Positions 59,120-64,000 of a stretch of DNA of 64,000 nt are shown here, piece by piece. How positions within the stretch are numbered: position 1 is the first letter of the stretch; the number at the start of each line of letters is the position of its first letter. The stretch lies in assembly GCA_037481775.1 (NCBI GenBank), contig JBBFKZ010000001.1:128001-192000 (forward strand), given 5' to 3'. Position numbers and translations under genes: made by a program. Source of the stretch: Candidatus Bathyarchaeia archaeon. Lineage in GTDB: Archaea > Thermoproteota > Bathyarchaeia > Bathyarchaeales > Bathycorpusculaceae. The notes beneath the pieces were generated by a model that saw only the letters and a program-made list of their open reading frames with translations, did not search any database and was not told the DNA's origin.

Positions 59120-60574
59120 TTATTCTGTATGTACTCGGAATAGGTCGATGTCTTCGCGCATTGCTGGTGTTAGCTCTAAGAATTCTCTGACTGCCCGCTC
59201 CACGTCTTTCGCTTGTGTTACGTATCTTCCAACGATAATGACGTCCGCGCCTTTCTCCAACGCCTCTTTTGCAGTTTCCGGTACTATTCCACCTGCGACG
59301 GCTATTAGAAATCGTTTGTCCGGGAAGGTTTGGCGCAGTTTCGGTATCAGATCCAGCCCAAGGGTTTTCCCTGTTTCCTGATCTATTCCTCTGTGGATTA
59401 CAATCATGTCTGGAAACTCTTTAAGCTGCTTAAGCTTTCCAATGGGGTCTTCCACGTTCAGCATGTCCACAACACCGTAGATGCCAAGTCGTCTTGCTTC
59501 GTGCACAAAAGCGTCTAATGTTTCAGGCGGCGCCAGACCGGCGGCAACCACCGCGTCGGCCGTGTCCTCGTAGGCTATGTCAACTTCAACTTTTCCAACA
59601 TCCAAAGTCTTCAAGTCAGCAATCATAAACGCGTCTTTGGCAACCTGCCGTAGCTCGTTTATCACGCGGGTTCCGTAACGTTTGATTAATGGCGTCCCAA
59701 CTTCGATGATTATTCTGTCGCTTCCAGGCATCTGAGAGAGAACCTTCTTAGCCTTATCCAGTTCTGGTGGGTCAAGCGAAATCTGCAGGTAAGGCGGTCT
59801 CCACAAGCGCGGAACCTTGAAGCCCATTATCGGGTGCTTAGCGCGGTCTTTCTCGTAGAGCATCTTGTCAAGCGAAGGATACTTATTTAAGGCTCTGCGT
59901 AGCGCCAGCTTTGTTGCGCCATAATTGTACTGGTATATCTTGCGATAATCGCTTGCCTGAGGATGAATAAAGACGCTGCATATGATCACCCAGTCATCCA
60001 CCTTCTCCCTTGGAATGATGCCCTCCTCCACCGCGTCCGCAACTGCCTTTGCAACCGCAGCTTGGGCTGGACCGAAAATTTTCCCAGCATCCTCCATGTT
60101 CTTCACAGTAACCTTCGGCACAAGCAGCGTGTGCGGCTTAGGCGGAAGATTCGGCCGAATAACCGACAGCAAAGGCGTGTGCCCTGCTGAAAGATTCGAC
60201 AAACTGGTAGCGAAAGCTTGCCCAACAGGCCCGTTTTTGTCGCCTATTAGGAGATCTATATGCGCTACCTCGCTTCCTTCTCCCAAGAGGGCTTCGCCAA
60301 TCAGGTATGTAGGCCCTGATTCTTCGACACATTCATCCGTGAACGGCATCGGTATGCGGTTCACAATGTCTTTAAAGTCGACATTGAACTCTTTAAGCCA
60401 AGTGTAAAGAGTATCTCGGTGTATATTAAGCTCCTTTGCGGTGCCTGCAACTGTCGGTCTTGTCGGTTTCTGTCCCTGCGAAAGTCTGCGTTCAACTTCT
60501 TTTTTAGCGGCTTCCGTCACAAGTTTTATGAAATCGTCTTTTGTTTCAGGCTTTTTAGTGTCTATATCCGACAT
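59120..60574 (-). CDS. fae-hps: Bifunctional formaldehyde-activating enzyme/3-hexulose-6-phosphate synthase with N-terminal HTH
   Basis: GEALLGEGSEVAHIDLLIG, FGPAQAAVA, YNYGATK; PYLQISLD, EVGTPLIK, ADLKTLD, HRGID, VAGG. Confidence 0.9.
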   Translation of the reverse strand: MSDIDTKKPETKDDFIKLVTEAAKKEVERRLSQGQKPTRPTVAGTAKELNIHRDTLYTWLKEFNVDFKDIVNRIPMPFTDECVEESGPTYLIGEALLGEGSEVAHIDLLIGDKNGPVGQAFATSLSNLSAGHTPLLSVIRPNLPPKPHTLLVPKVTVKNMEDAGKIFGPAQAAVAKAVADAVEEGIIPREKVDDWVIICSVFIHPQASDYRKIYQYNYGATKLALRRALNKYPSLDKMLYEKDRAKHPIMGFKVPRLWRPPYLQISLDPPELDKAKKVLSQMPGSDRIIIEVGTPLIKRYGTRVINELRQVAKDAFMIADLKTLDVGKVEVDIAYEDTADAVVAAGLAPPETLDAFVHEARRLGIYGVVDMLNVEDPIGKLKQLKEFPDMIVIHRGIDQETGKTLGLDLIPKLRQTFPDKRFLIAVAGGIVPETAKEALEKGADVIIVGRYVTQAKDVERAVREFLELTPAMREDIDLFRVHTE

Positions 60575-60882
60575 TTCTGTCGCCTCTGCGTCTGTATAGC
60601 GAGACGTGTATATAAGAATGTCGGAGCAAAACAATTGTTTCAACGAGAGCACAGCTGTTTTTTCTGAAATTCTGTCGGCTAAGAAGTTGATTGTTAAGGC
60701 ATAACACTTTTGGTTTAAAGAAACTGCTCCTGCATTGGGCTGATATCTGTGTGCATTCGTGCGCTGCGCGCTCTGTAAGTGTATAAGCGGTTAGCGCTAA
60801 AATTTAATAGTCCCTTAGATTTAGCGGTACATCTATATCTCCGCGTGTACTCTGTGTTAGCAAATATTCAACGGTGTCCTGT

Positions 60883-61074
60883 ATGTTTAGGCTTAATTGG
60901 GTGTGTTTAAGCTTGATCTTGCTTGGTTTTGTGCTTTTTCTTTACGGCGCTAACTTCTACGACGCAATAGTTGGCTGGCTGGGCGTTTTCGTCATTCTTG
61001 GAGGTGCACTTGCGCTTCTTCTTTTATACATTTATTGCGAGTTAAAGAAACAAGGATCTGTTCAGAAGCCGTAG
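60883..61074 (+). CDS. Small two-TM membrane protein
   Basis: Two hydrophobic helices around LYGANFYDAIVGW. Confidence 0.6.
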   Translation: MFRLNWVCLSLILLGFVLFLYGANFYDAIVGWLGVFVILGGALALLLLYIYCELKKQGSVQKP

Positions 61075-62597
61075 AGTCCACTGTACTTTTCTTCTAAATA
61101 CCGCAAGTAAGGCTCAGCGTCCAGTTTTCTTCCAGTTACTTTAGTTATCAAGTCTGGCGGGTCATACAAGGCGCCATGTGAATGAACGTTTTTAGCAAGC
61201 CATGCTATGATGTCTTTCGCGTTGCCCTGTGCAAGTTGGCTTCGCCAATCTTTTATATCGCTGGCTAAAGCGGCGAGCAGCTGCCCACTGTAGATGTTGC
61301 CTAAAGCGTAGCTTGGGAAGTAGCCGTAGTACCCGCTTGCCCAATGCGTATCTTGCATCACTCCTTCAGAGTCATTTTCAATTTTCAAGCCAAGAAGCTC
61401 CTCGTACTTTTGATTCCATACCTCTGGCAGCTGACTAACTTCGACTTTGTTTCCGAACAGGTCCTTCTCAATTTGGAATCGAATTATTATGTGAAGGCAA
61501 TAGGTTACCTCGTCGGCTTCCACGCGAATCTTTGAGGGCTTAACCTCGTTTATAGCGTGCACAAACGGGTCTAACTCAAGATGCGCTAGGCTCGAGCCAG
61601 CTATTGCTTTCAGCTTAGGTAGGAAGCTAATCCAGAATTCTCTGGAGCGCCCTACAATGTTTTCCACGAAGCGGGATTGAGATTCATGTATACCATAAGA
61701 GCAGCTTGCGCCGACAGGCTGGTATTTCCATTCTCTCGGCAGTCCCTGCTCGTACAATGCGTGTCCAGTTTCATGAAGCACCGAGAAGATTGAAGATGCG
61801 AATTCTTCAGGGTAATAGTGTGTTGTAATTCTCACATCGTCATAATATCCCGTGGTGAAGGGATGCTCCGTTTCATCGATGCGCCCAGCGGCATCCGACG
61901 AGCTAACATCGTAGCCCATTGCCTCTGCAAGAGCTTTCGCGATTTGCCGCTGCGCTTCAATTGGAACATTGCATTTAAGCACCGCTGTATTCGGCTGGTT
62001 TGGCGCATTCTGAATCTTCCTAAGCAGAGCAACTAGCCCCTTTTGAAGCTGCTCAAAAATAGGCGCGATTGCCGCAGCGGTCATTTTAGGCTCAAAAATA
62101 TCTATAAGCGCATCATAGGGTGTTGCTGTTGCCTTGACTTTCATGAGAATTTCTGCTTTTTCCCGGTTAAGCTCCACAAGTTTCTGCAGCTCAGGCTGAA
62201 GCAGGCTGAAGCATTTTGCAGCTTTTGCTTTTTTCCAACTGTTCACTGTTAACGCTTGCTGCTTGGCGATTTCTGCAACAAGCTTTTCCGGCAGCTGAGT
62301 TTGCTCATCATAATTTTTCTTGATAAGATAGACATTCCGCTTTTCTACCTCAGTTAAAGTGTCATATTGTGGGCTTGCGAGTATTTCGTTTAAGAGCTTT
62401 CCAATTTCTGGTGAAGTGCTCATCTTATGGCTGATGCGGCTTAACAGCGCAAGCTGCTGGCTCCGCTGCTCGATGCCCCTAGGCGGCATCATGGTTTCCA
62501 TGTCCCAGTGAATTATGGCTTCAGCGGATTGCAGAACAATCAAGTCTTTGGCTAATTCAAGCAGCTTTTTATATGCTAAGTGCACTTCGGATGCCAT
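61062..62597 (-). CDS. Thermostable carboxypeptidase, M32 family
   Basis: HPF, DVRITT, HETGHALYEQ, HESQS, IRVEADE, GYFPSYALG. Confidence 0.95.
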   Translation of the reverse strand: MASEVHLAYKKLLELAKDLIVLQSAEAIIHWDMETMMPPRGIEQRSQQLALLSRISHKMSTSPEIGKLLNEILASPQYDTLTEVEKRNVYLIKKNYDEQTQLPEKLVAEIAKQQALTVNSWKKAKAAKCFSLLQPELQKLVELNREKAEILMKVKATATPYDALIDIFEPKMTAAAIAPIFEQLQKGLVALLRKIQNAPNQPNTAVLKCNVPIEAQRQIAKALAEAMGYDVSSSDAAGRIDETEHPFTTGYYDDVRITTHYYPEEFASSIFSVLHETGHALYEQGLPREWKYQPVGASCSYGIHESQSRFVENIVGRSREFWISFLPKLKAIAGSSLAHLELDPFVHAINEVKPSKIRVEADEVTYCLHIIIRFQIEKDLFGNKVEVSQLPEVWNQKYEELLGLKIENDSEGVMQDTHWASGYYGYFPSYALGNIYSGQLLAALASDIKDWRSQLAQGNAKDIIAWLAKNVHSHGALYDPPDLITKVTGRKLDAEPYLRYLEEKYSGLYGF

Positions 62598-62748
62598 TTT
62601 TTTGTTTGTCTCCTGTTGTGCTTCTTTTAGCGAGCGCTTGCAAGAAAAGACTTGTGTTTCTAAATGAGGCTGCAGCGGTTGGCGCCTAATGTTGAACGTC
62701 GGTAAATCTTAATAACGGCTCGTGTAATCTGTTTTTGTGTGGTGTGGA

Positions 62749-63021
62749 ATGAAACGGAAGTTGATGGAGATACTGGCTTGCCCCATAGACAAGCATCACC
62801 CGCTTGAGCTTTATGTTTTCGAAGAAAAAGATGAGATAACTGAGGGTTTGATTGTCTGCCCTAAGTGTCTTCGGTGGTATCCGATACGAGATGAAATTCC
62901 CGAGATGTTGCCTGATGAGCTGCGGAAAGAAACTGAAGATTTGCCGTTTTTGAAGAAATGGCGAGAAAAAATTCCTGAAAAAATAGTTTTCGAAGGTAAA
63001 CCTTTTAGTCTGAAACGGTAA
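62749..63021 (+). CDS. Trm112-like protein
   Basis: LMEILACPIDK...CPKCLRWYPIRDEIPEMLP. Confidence 0.88.
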   Translation: MKRKLMEILACPIDKHHPLELYVFEEKDEITEGLIVCPKCLRWYPIRDEIPEMLPDELRKETEDLPFLKKWREKIPEKIVFEGKPFSLKR

Positions 63022-63029
63022 GAAGCGTT

Positions 63030-63977
63030 TTACTCCAGTTTTATTGCTTTATTCTTTGCTGAGGAGCGTAAGGCTGCTTCCGCGATCTCCAGCGCCTTTA
63101 AGCCGTCCACACCGGTTATCAGCGGCTTCTTCTTCGCTAGTATGCAATCGGCGAAGTGCTGCAACTCGAGTTTTAAGGGCTCCTGCCAAGCGTATCTCGG
63201 CATTAAAGTTGCTTTTTGATCCTCAATCCATAATTCCTGCGTCATGTAATCAAGCCGCATTATGGCGTTGCTGCCCGTGACTGTGAGCAGCCGCGTTTTA
63301 TACGGCGTTAACCAGTTAGATTCTATAAACGCGCTTTTTCCATCTTTGTAGGTAAGCATTATCTGCGCGTAATCCTCAAACTTTCTGTGCATCATGCTTC
63401 CTGTTTTTGCGTAAACCATGATGGGCTCCTCATCGAATATGAAACGCATAACATCTATGTCATGTATTGCCGTGTCTTTAACTACGCCTACATCGCCTAT
63501 CCTCTCAGGCCACTGAGAAAACCGCTTTGCAGTTGCACATACAAGTTCGCCGATTTCCTTTTTCTCCACCGCTCTTCTAATGTGCTGCAGCCCAGGAATA
63601 AACCTCATCAAAAAGCCAACTGTCAAGTGCAAGCCGTTTTTCTCGGCTGTTTCCAGAAGCGTTTTCGCCTGCTTCGTGTTCGCAGCCATGGGCTTCTCGA
63701 CTAAGACATGCTTTCCAGCGTTAAGCGCCTTCAAGGCCTCCTTCGCAAGCATGGTTGACCATGTGCATACGCTTACGGCTTCAATATCCTCATTTTTCAG
63801 CATTTTCGCGCTATTCGTGTATGCTTTGATGCCATACTGTCTGGCTATGCTTTTTGCTCTTTCAGCGTTTACGTCGCAAACAGCCACCAACTCTGTGGAT
63901 TCAATCTCTTTATAGGCGCGCGCATGATTTTTTCCCCAGCCTCCTACGCCTATTACCGCTACGCCCAGCTTTCTCAT
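63030..63977 (-). CDS. Gfo/Idh/MocA oxidoreductase (UDP-sugar 3-dehydrogenase-like)
   Basis: GVGGWG, HVLVEKP, DVGVVKDTAIHDID. Confidence 0.88.
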   Translation of the reverse strand: MRKLGVAVIGVGGWGKNHARAYKEIESTELVAVCDVNAERAKSIARQYGIKAYTNSAKMLKNEDIEAVSVCTWSTMLAKEALKALNAGKHVLVEKPMAANTKQAKTLLETAEKNGLHLTVGFLMRFIPGLQHIRRAVEKKEIGELVCATAKRFSQWPERIGDVGVVKDTAIHDIDVMRFIFDEEPIMVYAKTGSMMHRKFEDYAQIMLTYKDGKSAFIESNWLTPYKTRLLTVTGSNAIMRLDYMTQELWIEDQKATLMPRYAWQEPLKLELQHFADCILAKKKPLITGVDGLKALEIAEAALRSSAKNKAIKLE

Positions 63978-64000
63978 CTATTTCTTACTCCTCGACCTAA

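Overview
Archaeal chromosomal window, most consistent with Bathyarchaeia (TACK). This is inferred from the crenarchaeal-type PolB1, the Zn-ferredoxin, a TackOD1-like protein, Fae-Hps and two paralogous PQQ-type beta-propeller surface proteins. It holds core information-processing genes (PriS, GINS, aIF2-gamma/alpha, RpoE', Spt4, r-proteins S24e/S27ae/S27e/L44e/S6e, Nop10, prefoldin beta, PolB1), a redox/metal accessory region (about 9.6-32.8 kb), an intron-containing tRNA-Arg(CCG), an ECF transporter and a type IV pilus locus. Main discoveries: (1) A ~55-bp intergenic element occurs four times (2100, 9519, 41207, 57259), plus a degenerate relative at about 14081. At least three copies sit exactly where widely conserved archaeal gene clusters (GINS-L44e, S6e-aIF2gamma) are broken, in orientations where recombination between copies would rebuild those clusters. 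This is a candidate genome-shuffling/recombination site. (2) An unannotated 30-aa Lys-rich 'YYYYG' micropeptide gene is present twice, with 13 synonymous versus 1 non-synonymous codon differences, inside a 379-bp duplication flanking a surface-protein gene. (3) Three homopolymer frameshifts, tandem palindromic operators, a nested-domain giant pilin and an HTH-fused Fae-Hps.
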